From a virus (Duplodnaviria > Heunggongvirae > Uroviricota > Caudoviricetes), in IMG/VR virus record IMGVR_UViG_2778261229_000002, positions 1 through 34,933 of that record: a stretch of DNA of 34,933 bases; one strand, 5' to 3'. Below the pieces are notes generated by a model. The model was given only the letters and a program-made list of their open reading frames with translations, had not been told where the DNA came from and did no database searches. This document shows, in pieces, positions 24,786 through 32,478 of this stretch. The first letter of the stretch is position 1; every line of letters begins with the position of its first letter. The position numbers and the translations under genes were made by a program.

Positions 24786-25588
24786 CACTTCACCTCCTGC
24801 GGCGGTTCTGGTAGCGGCATCCAGTGTGACGGTTTCCACGACGCACCAGGAATTATCCACCCATCATTAGCGTCAGGATGACCCGGGATGTAAGTAGCCC
24901 ATTTCATTCGCCAGTCACCTTTCCTGTCAAACTCCACGGCAACAAGAACGGCTGTTTTGGTATTCGGCATTCGCTCACTACAGCTTATCCAACCATCCGG
25001 AGTCACCGGAAGCGAGAACGGCAGCACATCTCTGTGAACAAGTTTTTGCTGTGACAGGTTATCCAGAACTTTCTGTACTGCTGCATCACCGAATACACCA
25101 AGCGCATCTGCCATAACTCCTACAACCTGATAAGCCTCAGCGCATACCGTGGATAAACCATCCGGAATTACCGGAGAGTTGCCGGGTTCTTTAATGTGCA
25201 AGCGAGGCTCACCATCTTTTGGTTCAGGCCACTGGCGCTCCATGTTGATCTTCAATTTATCTTCCATAGCAGCGGTAATTTCAGCATCGCTGATGCCAGC
25301 ACGGCGCTGTGCATCCCACAACAGGAAATGCATATCAGCCCACTCGCTGAGATCGTCTGGTTCGGCTGCGGCTTCCAGAGCCTCTTTTGAGAGGTGTTTC
25401 AGTGGACCAATGGGGCCAACGCAGCCAAATGTGGAGTCAGACCATTTGGCATGCTCGTGGCGAATCAGTTCGCGTTCCAGTGATGCCAGTGCAATTCGTG
25501 CCAGTTCCATTTGTTCGCCACGAGTAAGCCCGTTTTCAAGCGGATTTTTAATGAACAATTCAATACGTTCTTTGGTAATAGTGGTCAT
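24785..25588 (-). CDS. Two-domain nin-region protein: N-terminal nucleotide pyrophosphohydrolase-like (DUF550-like) and C-terminal Trp-rich (DUF551-like) domain
   Basis: Recalled family resemblance of HEHAKWSDSTFG...MHFLLWDAQRRAGISDAEITAAMEDKLKIN and of the C-terminal W-rich tail ending HWMPLPEPP. Memory-based. Confidence 0.45.
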   Translation of the reverse strand: MTTITKERIELFIKNPLENGLTRGEQMELARIALASLERELIRHEHAKWSDSTFGCVGPIGPLKHLSKEALEAAAEPDDLSEWADMHFLLWDAQRRAGISDAEITAAMEDKLKINMERQWPEPKDGEPRLHIKEPGNSPVIPDGLSTVCAEAYQVVGVMADALGVFGDAAVQKVLDNLSQQKLVHRDVLPFSLPVTPDGWISCSERMPNTKTAVLVAVEFDRKGDWRMKWATYIPGHPDANDGWIIPGASWKPSHWMPLPEPPQEVK

Positions 25589-25598
25589 TTGTTAGTCC

Positions 25599-26354
25599 TT
25601 AAACTGCTAGTTGCAATTGCATTTCAAAGCGGTCGCGTTGTTCACAATACGCAAGAGAACCAGGGCTATTGTGTGCCTCAATCCGTTCTACCATTAATGC
25701 TGCGCGTGTCTCTTTACTTGCAGGTGCATAAGCCCCAGACCAGGCTTTATCAATACCGATGTTTCGAGCGACGTTCGTACTATCTGCGCTGGCTAAGGGT
25801 AATTTTGTGAATATCAGCGGATTTAACATGCGCAATCCATGTAGTTTCGTAACCGGCTGACCATGCCCATCAACAATGTGACGAATCAGGTCTTTCATTC
25901 TGGCTACCGCAAGAGTTGGGCGCTTTACGTCATAGTCGCCACAACTACCGATAGCCACTCGCGGAAACTCATTGCACAAATGAATAAATCGCGCGTCACT
26001 TTCATTCATGTGCCACACTGGAACGCCAGCTAGTTTTCCGTGAGGCCACTCATTCAGAAGCGCATCATTTTCCTCCTCTCCGCCATCAATAATATCCGGG
26101 ATAATGGCAAAATCGAATCCTGGGTGATTCTTCCAGCGAGCAACAAACTCGTAGTAATCGCTCCAGTCGATTTTGTTTTTGCCAGCTGCTTTCCAGGCGG
26201 TGAATGCACCGTTGTCCAGCGCGAACGACTGACAGTATTCAGCCGCGAGATTGATCTGGCCTGAATGCGCAAAACTGATAAACGCATGTCGCCCTTTCCA
26301 TGCTCTCATTGCGCACGTATCAGGAGTAATAGGCCCACCGTGGTAGTGAATCAT
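25599..26354 (-). CDS. TGT-like (queuine tRNA-ribosyltransferase-fold) protein; candidate DpdA-type 7-deazaguanine DNA transglycosylase
   Basis: ORF-track frame 25599..26396; I prefer the ATG at 26354 (MIHYHGGPIT...), which overlaps the upstream stop and follows AAGGAGAG. Block FALDNGAFTAWKAG resembles the TGT catalytic LTDSGGFQVFSLG block; later blocks (FAIIPDIIDGG, RVAIGSCGDY) are roughly co-linear with TGT. Confidence 0.45.
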   Translation of the reverse strand: MIHYHGGPITPDTCAMRAWKGRHAFISFAHSGQINLAAEYCQSFALDNGAFTAWKAAGKNKIDWSDYYEFVARWKNHPGFDFAIIPDIIDGGEEENDALLNEWPHGKLAGVPVWHMNESDARFIHLCNEFPRVAIGSCGDYDVKRPTLAVARMKDLIRHIVDGHGQPVTKLHGLRMLNPLIFTKLPLASADSTNVARNIGIDKAWSGAYAPASKETRAALMVERIEAHNSPGSLAYCEQRDRFEMQLQLAV

Positions 26355-26355
26355 C

Positions 26356-26715
26356 TCACTCTCCTTTGATGCGAATGCCAGTAGCGCGGATTGCATCGAT
26401 GACTTCAGAAACTTTGTATGCCATTACCGTTTGGTAATCATCGTGAAAATCTGTTCGATGAAGCATGCTGCTACGTTCCGGGAGCAGTATTTCCCGCGCT
26501 TCCAGCTCTGCAATGCGTTTGCTTTGGGCTTCTCGTTCATCCAGCAGCGCCAGCACAATGTGTGGCGTTATCAAGGACTCAAATTCGGCAACAGCTTGCT
26601 CACCTCGCTTGTAATTCTTAATCCCACCTAAATCTTTCGCGTTCTGTGCCGCCTCACGCAGCGCCAGTGTGTCGATGTCGATGTCGATGTCGATGTCGAT
26701 GTCGATGTTGCTCAT
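26356..26715 (-). CDS. Ea22-like coiled-coil protein with N-terminal (Ile-Asp)6 repeat, about 119 aa
   Basis: ORF-track frame 26356..26739; I prefer the start MSNIDIDIDIDIDID at 26715, overlapping the upstream stop. Segment PHIVLALLDEREAQSKRIAELEARE resembles lambdoid Ead/Ea22-like proteins. Confidence 0.45.
   Translation of the reverse strand: MSNIDIDIDIDIDIDTLALREAAQNAKDLGGIKNYKRGEQAVAEFESLITPHIVLALLDEREAQSKRIAELEAREILLPERSSMLHRTDFHDDYQTVMAYKVSEVIDAIRATGIRIKGE
26671..26706. repeat. Perfect hexanucleotide tandem repeat (GTCGAT)6, in-frame, inside a CDS
   Basis: Six exact copies followed by a degenerate seventh (GTTGCT). Encodes IDIDIDIDIDID on the minus strand. Confidence 0.9.
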
Positions 26716-26945
26716 TGTGCCTCCTCGATTTCGTCCCATTCCACCCAGGCATTCTCTCCATCAGCATCGATTTCACCTTTGTGACCGCATTTGGAACAAA
26801 CGGCCTCATCACCCGCCCACAAAGAATCTTTGGTTACCGACCATCCTGTTACCCTGGCTTTGCCGTGCTGGCACTTAGGGCAATCATCAAGCCATTCGAC
26901 TTCGACCGTTGAAGGACCAAATCCATGTTCAGTTCGGATGCTCAT
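26712..26945 (-). CDS. Small zinc-ribbon protein, about 77 aa
   Basis: ORF-track frame 26712..26978; I prefer the internal ATG at 26945, overlapping the upstream stop. Two Cys pairs: CPKCQHG and CSKCGHKG. Confidence 0.45.
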   Translation of the reverse strand: MSIRTEHGFGPSTVEVEWLDDCPKCQHGKARVTGWSVTKDSLWAGDEAVCSKCGHKGEIDADGENAWVEWDEIEEAQ

Positions 26946-27592
26946 GACTGAACTCCTTTGCGAATCTGTTCCGCCCATTCTTCAAGGGATTTCTCCGCAT
27001 ATTCACCGGACAGGCCATCAATCGGATGCGATTCATTAGCTAACTCTTCTTTTGCTGACAGAATCATGCGTGTAACGTCGAAAACTTCAGCCAAAGGCTT
27101 ATTGATAAATCCGTGATTGAACGCAGCAGCAAGACGGCTGGCGGTATAGTTAATCCCCTCGTTGCGTGCTTCCGCACGAATTTCAGCCAGAAAAGCATCG
27201 GTAGCTGGGGTTTCGATATCGTTAATTTCAGGAAGAATCTCTTCCCATGTGGCGATATCGCCATTCAAATGCCATCCGGCAATTCCACTGGAGTTATCCG
27301 CAACACTGCGAACGGCTTCAATAGTTTCGAGCATTACCGCATTCTCCGCCGCAAGCGCCGAAAACTTCTCGTGTGCCAACTTAACAGATGCATCAGCCTG
27401 CTTAATTGACTCAATCGCTTTCTGCTGGTCTTCGGCCAGCGCATTAGCACGCACCAGTTGCACTTCCAGTTGCGTTGCCAAATCGCTGATCAGCTTTGCC
27501 ACACTGCGCATATCAACGGCACCACATTCTGCTTTCAGTTCCGAAGCCATCTCATGCCCGGCGGCAACTAACCCTTTGATATTACTTTCCAT
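26942..27592 (-). CDS. Hypothetical coiled-coil protein, 216 aa (nin/Ea-type region)
   Basis: ORF track; Ala/Glu/Leu-rich heptad-like sequence. No family assigned. Confidence 0.45.
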   Translation of the reverse strand: MESNIKGLVAAGHEMASELKAECGAVDMRSVAKLISDLATQLEVQLVRANALAEDQQKAIESIKQADASVKLAHEKFSALAAENAVMLETIEAVRSVADNSSGIAGWHLNGDIATWEEILPEINDIETPATDAFLAEIRAEARNEGINYTASRLAAAFNHGFINKPLAEVFDVTRMILSAKEELANESHPIDGLSGEYAEKSLEEWAEQIRKGVQS

Positions 27593-27653
27593 CTTTACCC
27601 TCGCTTATCCACATAACTTATTGATTACATTGATAACTAAAAAGATCGTCGAT

Positions 27654-28001
27654 TCAGAACTCTTCGATGTTCCAGCCACCACCTGCTTTCTTTGGCTTAA
27701 CCGTTACCCCGATGATTCGGAACGGATACTGATCTGCGGCGACTTTGGTTTTCACTCTGGCGTCATCGGTCCAGAATCCCCCTTTCACTTCGTGCAGTTC
27801 CATCTCGCCGGTGGCGAGCTTCACAGCAAAATCTGGCGTATAGAACGTGTTGTCAGCTAACCGCAGCTTGATACCCTCAAATCGATACCAGACGATTTCT
27901 CCTGCACGTTTACGCAGCTCAAGGTGCTGGCAATACGCAGATTCTGTTTTGTTCATCTGGCCTGTTTTGAGTCGACCAAGAGCCTGTATCTGTTTTCTCA
28001 T
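27654..28001 (-). CDS. Small PD-(D/E)XK-type nuclease-like protein (DUF1064-like), 115 aa
   Basis: Motif spacing FYTPDFAV ... ELHEVKG fits a PD-(D/E)xK core. Family name is recalled, not verified. Confidence 0.4.
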   Translation of the reverse strand: MRKQIQALGRLKTGQMNKTESAYCQHLELRKRAGEIVWYRFEGIKLRLADNTFYTPDFAVKLATGEMELHEVKGGFWTDDARVKTKVAADQYPFRIIGVTVKPKKAGGGWNIEEF

Positions 28002-28065
28002 GATTTACCCCTGAGGTAATTAAAAACCACATAAGACACGAAATCAATAGATCTTAGAACATTTT

Positions 28066-28082
28066 ATTACCTAGCAGGTAAT
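28066..28082. promoter_or_regulatory. Operator-like palindrome ATTACCTAGCAGGTAAT
   Basis: Perfect half-sites; located between the P-like gene and the downstream nin-region genes. Confidence 0.5.
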
Positions 28083-28118
28083 TATCAAGACGTAAAAAAA
28101 TGCGCTATCGCGCTGGTA

Positions 28119-28919
28119 TTACTTGATAAATCCTGCCGCCTTTCCCCGCCTGTATTCCTCCATCAGCCACTGCGCCGGTGTTATTCCCCCCAGGGTAGCG
28201 GCGTTAGGCATACACCCGAAACTTCGCCCTGGTGGATGGTAAACGTCTCTCCCTGTGTCCGGAGGCGTACTCATGGGTTCTGGCTTTGCCTGTATGCTGA
28301 TCACCGGATCGGGTATCTGCTGTCCGGAAGCCACCTTTTTCGCCCAATCATCAAGCAGCCTGCGCGCGTGTTTCTCAACCTCAATCTCGCTAAGCTGGCG
28401 CTGATACATTGCACGGCGGGTATCACATACGACCCAGTACATAACCGGATGCCGCCACGGGAATCTTTCGGGACCACCAGGATATAAACTTTTTTCCTTG
28501 CTGTACCGGTGAAACTCCGCCATCACATCGTCAATGGTGACGCCAAGAACCATCTTGCTGTCTTTGCACCACTTGATAAATTGCCCTGGCGACGGCCAGA
28601 ACGGAGATTCACTGGCGCGGGCGTGGCGCATACCAGCAGAAACCTGTTCACGGGTTCGGATCCCACCTTCGGCAAACGCAGCAATCCACTGCTGTTTTGC
28701 AGCAACTTCCTGCTCTGGCGTCTTCAGGTTGGTTACCACTGCCGCCGGAAACAGCTGTTTCAGCTGTTTGAAAAGGGCATCAACAAGCCTCTCTGCTGAC
28801 ATGTTCACCACATTGTCATTGTTGACGTACTGATGCTCATAACCTGACATGCGAGAAAGGGCTTCTCCGTCACGGTTTTGTATCGCGGTAAAAACGTTGT
28901 TCACAAGAAATCCTCCCAC
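28119..28919 (-). CDS. Replication protein P-like (helicase loader), 266 aa
   Basis: Block QQWIAAFAEGGIRTREQVSAGMRHARASESPFWPSPGQFIKWCKD aligns closely with lambda P as I recall it (RRQWVLAFRENGITTMEQVNAGMRVARRQNRPFLPSPGQFVAWCRE). Confidence 0.7.
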   Translation of the reverse strand: MGGFLVNNVFTAIQNRDGEALSRMSGYEHQYVNNDNVVNMSAERLVDALFKQLKQLFPAAVVTNLKTPEQEVAAKQQWIAAFAEGGIRTREQVSAGMRHARASESPFWPSPGQFIKWCKDSKMVLGVTIDDVMAEFHRYSKEKSLYPGGPERFPWRHPVMYWVVCDTRRAMYQRQLSEIEVEKHARRLLDDWAKKVASGQQIPDPVISIQAKPEPMSTPPDTGRDVYHPPGRSFGCMPNAATLGGITPAQWLMEEYRRGKAAGFIK

Positions 28920-29716
28920 GCTTCAGGGCTGTTCCAGTGCGGAACGTTGTTATCAGGTAATGTTGATTGCTTCTGTCTGCTAATCTGCAGCCGCCTTGCT
29001 AGCTTCTGCTCCCACTGTGCCTGATGGTATGCCTTACCCTCAGCCATCCAGTAAATTCTGAACTCTGCAAGTTCCTGTGCCGTTGGCAGACTGTCCAGGT
29101 AGATCCCCTGCAATGAGCTTTTCCGAAGAAAGTCATCTGATGGCTGCCATTGTTCATGCATGACAAATTTGCCTAATTGCCCTGGCCCACCAGGAGGAAC
29201 AAAGTTATTCATCACGGCGTTGTTTGCGCCGGGGTCATGATGCACAGAATCCCCGTTTTTTGTCCTGCTCTCCCTCTCTTGGTTAAATGACTGGTTATAT
29301 GACTGGTTCTGGATCCCGTTTTTGGGATCATTCAACATCCCGTTTTTGGGATCATTCAACATCCCGTTTTTGGGTATATTCCCGTTTTCGGTAACATTAC
29401 CGTTTTCGGGTTCATTGCCCCCCTCTCGGTTGCCTTTAATGTTCCCGTTTTTGGTTATATTAAGAGAGAAAACCCGCACTCTTTTTGTCGCTCCCTTTCT
29501 CTCCCCGGTATCTGAAATAAGCCCCATTTTCATGAGCGATATAAGTCCGGCCTGCACGGTTTTTTTATTCAGGCAAGTGTCTTTAACGAGGCGTTCTATG
29601 CTGGGGTAGCAGAGGTTATATTCATCGGCTCTGTCAGCCATCGAGAGCAGTATGAGCTTTAATGACGAGCTACCTGGATCTGTCTCCCAGGCCCAATCTG
29701 TTGCATGTCTGCTCAT
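28901..29716 (-). CDS. Replication initiator (O-like) with internal origin iterons, 271 aa
   Basis: Position upstream of the P-like gene; DNA iterons inside the coding region produce the repetitive Asn/Gly-rich segment (NGMLNDPKNGMLNDPKNG). Confidence 0.6.
   Translation of the reverse strand: MSRHATDWAWETDPGSSSLKLILLSMADRADEYNLCYPSIERLVKDTCLNKKTVQAGLISLMKMGLISDTGERKGATKRVRVFSLNITKNGNIKGNREGGNEPENGNVTENGNIPKNGMLNDPKNGMLNDPKNGIQNQSYNQSFNQERESRTKNGDSVHHDPGANNAVMNNFVPPGGPGQLGKFVMHEQWQPSDDFLRKSSLQGIYLDSLPTAQELAEFRIYWMAEGKAYHQAQWEQKLARRLQISRQKQSTLPDNNVPHWNSPEAWEDFL
29314..29461. repeat. Replication-origin iteron array, about six copies of CCCGTTTTTGGG(A/T)T-like units, including an exact 24-bp tandem duplication
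   Basis: TCCCGTTTTTGGGATCATTCAACA at 29314-29337 and again at 29338-29361, followed by degenerate copies up to about 29461. Lies inside the O-like gene, as in lambda ori. Confidence 0.7.
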
Positions 29717-29731
29717 GATTAATCTCCGCTA

Positions 29732-29932
29732 TCAGCTTGAATGTTGTGGGGAGGAATTAATCATGATCTGCTTAATCTCTGCCCTGATACGACGGTTTGA
29801 TTCCATGGTGCACTCAACACAGTGTCCGTTGTAAACCCAGCGTTCACTGTCATGTCCGTGCTTACATGTTTTTCCGGTGTAGTAGCGTTTAAGTCCGCGC
29901 TTTGCGGCATCAATACGTGTAATGATTTCCAT
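29732..29932 (-). CDS. Small Cys/His-rich protein, about 66 aa
   Basis: ORF-track frame 29732..29995; I prefer the internal ATG at 29932 (MEIITRIDAAKRG...). Contains CKHGH and CVEC. Confidence 0.4.
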   Translation of the reverse strand: MEIITRIDAAKRGLKRYYTGKTCKHGHDSERWVYNGHCVECTMESNRRIRAEIKQIMINSSPQHSS

Positions 29933-30011
29933 GGTAAGCCCTGTTATTAGTATTGGGATTACGGTTATTTTGTGCTGACACAAAAAAAAGATCAACCATA
30001 TTTGGTTTTTT

Positions 30012-30028
30012 ATTACCTTTGAGGTACG
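30012..30028. promoter_or_regulatory. Operator-like site ATTACCTTTGAGGTACG (degenerate right half)
   Basis: Motif family member located between the Cro-like gene terminator and the downstream gene. Confidence 0.35.
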
Positions 30029-30032
30029 AATA

Positions 30033-30060
30033 GATATGAAAAGACCGCCGGATGGCGGTC
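30033..30060 (-). terminator. Intrinsic terminator after the Cro/CII-like gene (GACCGCC-atcc-GGCGGTC followed by TTTTCATATCT on the minus strand)
   Basis: Perfect 7-bp GC-rich stem at 30043-30060 with a T-tract on the minus strand. Positional analogue of lambda tR1. Confidence 0.5.
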
Positions 30061-30082
30061 TACAGAGGGTTGTGGCTGGATA

Positions 30083-30313
30083 TCATGAGTAGAAGAAGTA
30101 TGCCAGTTCTGCTTTTGAGCGCAGCCATTGTCTTGATTTACAGGCTTTAAAAAGCCCATCCATCAATACCTTACCTGGCATTTTGCGCTTACCTGTTAAG
30201 TGAGTCTGGATATAGTGACTCGTCGTTCCGGCTTCCTGTGCGAAGGCTTCACGCTCATCCGGAGTAAGTGCAAGCCAGTGCTTTTTGAAATCGAAATGTC
30301 CGTTATCGCTCAT
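30083..30313 (-). CDS. Small Cro/CII-like HTH regulator, 76 aa
   Basis: Divergent from the repressor gene across an operator-bearing intergenic region; short basic protein with HTH-like segment (AFAQEAGTTSHYIQTHLTGKRK). Confidence 0.5.
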   Translation of the reverse strand: MSDNGHFDFKKHWLALTPDEREAFAQEAGTTSHYIQTHLTGKRKMPGKVLMDGLFKACKSRQWLRSKAELAYFFYS

Positions 30314-30345
30314 AGCTATTGCCTGATATTTATTTCAGATAATAA

Positions 30346-30413
30346 ATATTCACCTATAAGGTAACAAAAATCAAGGATAGTTACCCATGAGGTGCATTTA
30401 CCTGTTGGGTAAT
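30346..30413. promoter_or_regulatory. OR-like divergent control region: three operator sites and a minus-strand promoter TTGATT-17 bp-GAATAT
   Basis: Operators TTCACCTATAAGGTAAC (30349-30365), AGTTACCCATGAGGTGC (30380-30396, degenerate) and TTTACCTGTTGGGTAAT (30397-30413). Promoter read on the minus strand from plus coordinates 30346-30374, with an operator in the spacer. Confidence 0.5.
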
Positions 30414-30467
30414 ATTGCTTTAAATTGAATCATCTTCTGATTCAGATATGAGGCGATTTTCCAGAAA

Positions 30468-31052
30468 ATGAAAAGTATCCAGGACGTCCGCAGGCAAAAT
30501 CTCAACGACTTGATCGACCGTGAATTCAATGGTGTTCAGACGCGGATGGCTGAAAAACTTGGAACTCAGGCAAATCTGGTAAACCGCTGGGCTCTTGGCA
30601 AGAAGGTTATCGGCGACCAGGTTGCGCGAAAAATTGAAGCTGCCGCCAATAAACCCCGTAACTGGCTTGATATCGATCGCTCGCTTTCTCAGGAAGGTTT
30701 TCAGCCTGTCGGACCAAGCGACATTGGTCAACTGGCGGCTCACAACCTGGAACGCTGGATGAGCGAAAGCCGCGACCTTTCAACGCAGGGAAAACTTCAC
30801 CGCGCATCCGGCGTCGCCCAGGTAACAATCAGCCGCCTGTTAAACAATGAGGTCAGCGTTTCCATTTCCACCCTGGAGAATGTTGCATCCGCATTTGGGC
30901 GTCACGGATATGAATTACTGATTCACCCGCACGACCCCGCGACTATCAACTATGACCGCTCGCGCTACGCATTGTTACCTGAAACAGAGAAGGCAAAGAT
31001 CGAAAGTTACATTGAATTTGTCATCAACCAGAACGAAAAAAACAAACAATAA
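30468..31052 (+). CDS. Phage repressor with two tandem XRE-type HTH domains and no S24 peptidase domain, 194 aa
   Basis: Two HTH-like segments (QTRMAEKLGTQANLVNRWALGKK and LHRASGVAQVTISRLLNNEVSVS). No Ala-Gly/Ser-Lys autocleavage module visible. The opposite-strand ORF 30420..30743 is judged spurious. Confidence 0.65.
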   Translation: MKSIQDVRRQNLNDLIDREFNGVQTRMAEKLGTQANLVNRWALGKKVIGDQVARKIEAAANKPRNWLDIDRSLSQEGFQPVGPSDIGQLAAHNLERWMSESRDLSTQGKLHRASGVAQVTISRLLNNEVSVSISTLENVASAFGRHGYELLIHPHDPATINYDRSRYALLPETEKAKIESYIEFVINQNEKNKQ

Positions 31053-31073
31053 AATCATATTTTTCAGTAAGTA

Positions 31074-31097
31074 AGCCGCCTTATGGCGGCTTTTTTA
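31074..31097 (+). terminator. Intrinsic terminator after the repressor gene (AGCCGCC-ttat-GGCGGCT followed by TTTTTT)
   Basis: Perfect 7-bp stem with 4-nt loop and six T, 22 bp after the repressor stop. Confidence 0.7.
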
Positions 31098-31108
31098 TTG
31101 CCTATTCG

Positions 31109-31187
31109 ATTACCTAACGGGTAATTTTTTTAACTCATATCTATTGACATCAAACCAGATACGCATAATTATTACCTCAACGGTAAC
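31109..31187 (+). promoter_or_regulatory. OL/PL-like region: operators ATTACCTAACGGGTAAT and ATTACCTCAACGGTAAC flanking a TTGACA box
   Basis: Operators at 31109-31125 and 31171-31187; TTGACA at 31144-31149 with an A/T-rich -10 candidate (CATAAT at 31164-31169). Reads into the exo/recT operon. Confidence 0.5.
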
Positions 31188-31205
31188 AGACCGAGGTAAC
31201 AAGTT

Positions 31206-31358
31206 ATGCAGTGGAAAATCATCAACGGTTGGTACTGCGTTACTGCATGCGGATTCATGAGCTGGAAGTTCCGCACCTTACAGGAAGGCATTAAGTGGGC
31301 TTTCGTCAGCAAAGAAGCTCGCGATGTAGCCAACGATAACGAGATATGGGAGGGCTGA
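31206..31358 (+). CDS. Possible small protein, 50 aa, first gene of the early leftward operon
   Basis: Hand-translated MQWKIINGWYCVTACGFMSWKFRTLQEGIKWAFVSKEARDVANDNEIWEG. Below the ORF-track cutoff; no strong RBS. Confidence 0.3.
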   Translation: MQWKIINGWYCVTACGFMSWKFRTLQEGIKWAFVSKEARDVANDNEIWEG

Positions 31359-31360
31359 TA

Positions 31361-31660
31361 ATGAACGTTAATCAGCAGAAAAATCTTCAAAAAATCATGC
31401 TGGCATTCGACAAGGACTACCGCCTGTCAGAACAGCTATATGACCGACAAGTTGAACTGATTGAGAGCATCCGACTTCATCAACTGTCCTCAACTTTTGA
31501 CGTTGTAACAGGCAAAGGCGTTCGTCAGGAAGTACTGGAGGCTGCTAAAGACAGCCCTGAGTTCGAAGAACTGATGGATGCCTATCGGCGAGAGGCAATG
31601 GCAATTATCGCCCGCTGGGATCTGGCGGATCAGCTTGATGGACAGAGGGACGCGGCATGA
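31361..31660 (+). CDS. Hypothetical protein, 99 aa
   Basis: ORF-track frame 31346..31660; I prefer the ATG at 31361 preceded by GGGAGGG. Stop overlaps the start of the exonuclease gene. Confidence 0.5.
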   Translation: MNVNQQKNLQKIMLAFDKDYRLSEQLYDRQVELIESIRLHQLSSTFDVVTGKGVRQEVLEAAKDSPEFEELMDAYRREAMAIIARWDLADQLDGQRDAA

Positions 31661-32478
31661 AACCGGGAATTTATTTCGACATCAGCAACGAAGACTACCA
31701 CGCCGGTGACGGCGTGAGTAAGTCGCAACTGGACATGGTTGCCAAGAATCCGGCGCTTCTTAAATGGGTCCAGGCAGCACCAGAAGACGAAGAGAAAAAG
31801 TCTGCACTGGATATTGGAACCGCATTGCACTGTCTGCTTCTGGAGCCTGGAGAATTCGACAAACGCTTCATTGTTTCACCGAAGTTCGATCGTCGGACGA
31901 AACAAGGTAAAGCTGACGAAGAAGCATTTCTTCGTGATGTAGCGGATATGGGGATTACGGTACTTGATGCCGAGCAGTGGCGGAAACTGGAGCTGATGCG
32001 TGATAGCGCAATGGCTCACCCGGCGGCACGCTGGATGCTGGAAGCACCTGGTTACTGCGAAGCATCAATGTACTGGAATGATGAAGAGACTGGTGAGTTG
32101 TGCCGCATTCGTCCAGACAAATGGCTGAACGAGCACAACGTGATCGTCGACGTGAAAAAGGTTGCAGATATGGACCGTTTTGCACGCCACATCGAGGAAT
32201 TCCGCTACCACGTGCAGGACGCAATGTACCGCGAAGGTGCAATGAGGGTTACTGGTCAGCCGCATGGTTTTTTCTTTCTTGCCGTGAGCGAAAGCATTGA
32301 TTGTGGTCGGTATCCGGTACGCGTGTTCGAGCTGGATGCGCCGGATGTCGATGCCGGGCACGCTCTGTTCCGCCGGGATCTGAATACCTATCACGAATGC
32401 CGCATCAACGATGAGTGGGGCGGAGTGGAAATTATTAAACGCCCTGACTGGGCACGTAAACAGGATATATACGTATGA
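31657..32478 (+). CDS. PD-(D/E)XK recombination exonuclease (YqaJ/lambda-Exo-like)
   Basis: Motif RIRPDKW ... VIVDVKKVADM fits a PD-(D/E)xK core; gene is translationally coupled to the downstream RecT. Confidence 0.65.
   Translation: MKPGIYFDISNEDYHAGDGVSKSQLDMVAKNPALLKWVQAAPEDEEKKSALDIGTALHCLLLEPGEFDKRFIVSPKFDRRTKQGKADEEAFLRDVADMGITVLDAEQWRKLELMRDSAMAHPAARWMLEAPGYCEASMYWNDEETGELCRIRPDKWLNEHNVIVDVKKVADMDRFARHIEEFRYHVQDAMYREGAMRVTGQPHGFFFLAVSESIDCGRYPVRVFELDAPDVDAGHALFRRDLNTYHECRINDEWGGVEIIKRPDWARKQDIYV

Noticed and set aside
26671-29461. CRISPR array as an explanation for the tandem repeats (hexamer tract and iterons)
   Set aside because: The repeats are 6 bp, or about 20-24 bp without unique spacers. 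They lie inside coding regions and no cas genes are present. They are a microsatellite and origin iterons respectively.
30420-30743. 107-aa minus-strand ORF overlapping the repressor gene
   Set aside because: The plus-strand frame encodes two recognisable HTH segments and fits the operator and terminator layout. The antisense frame is a chance ORF.
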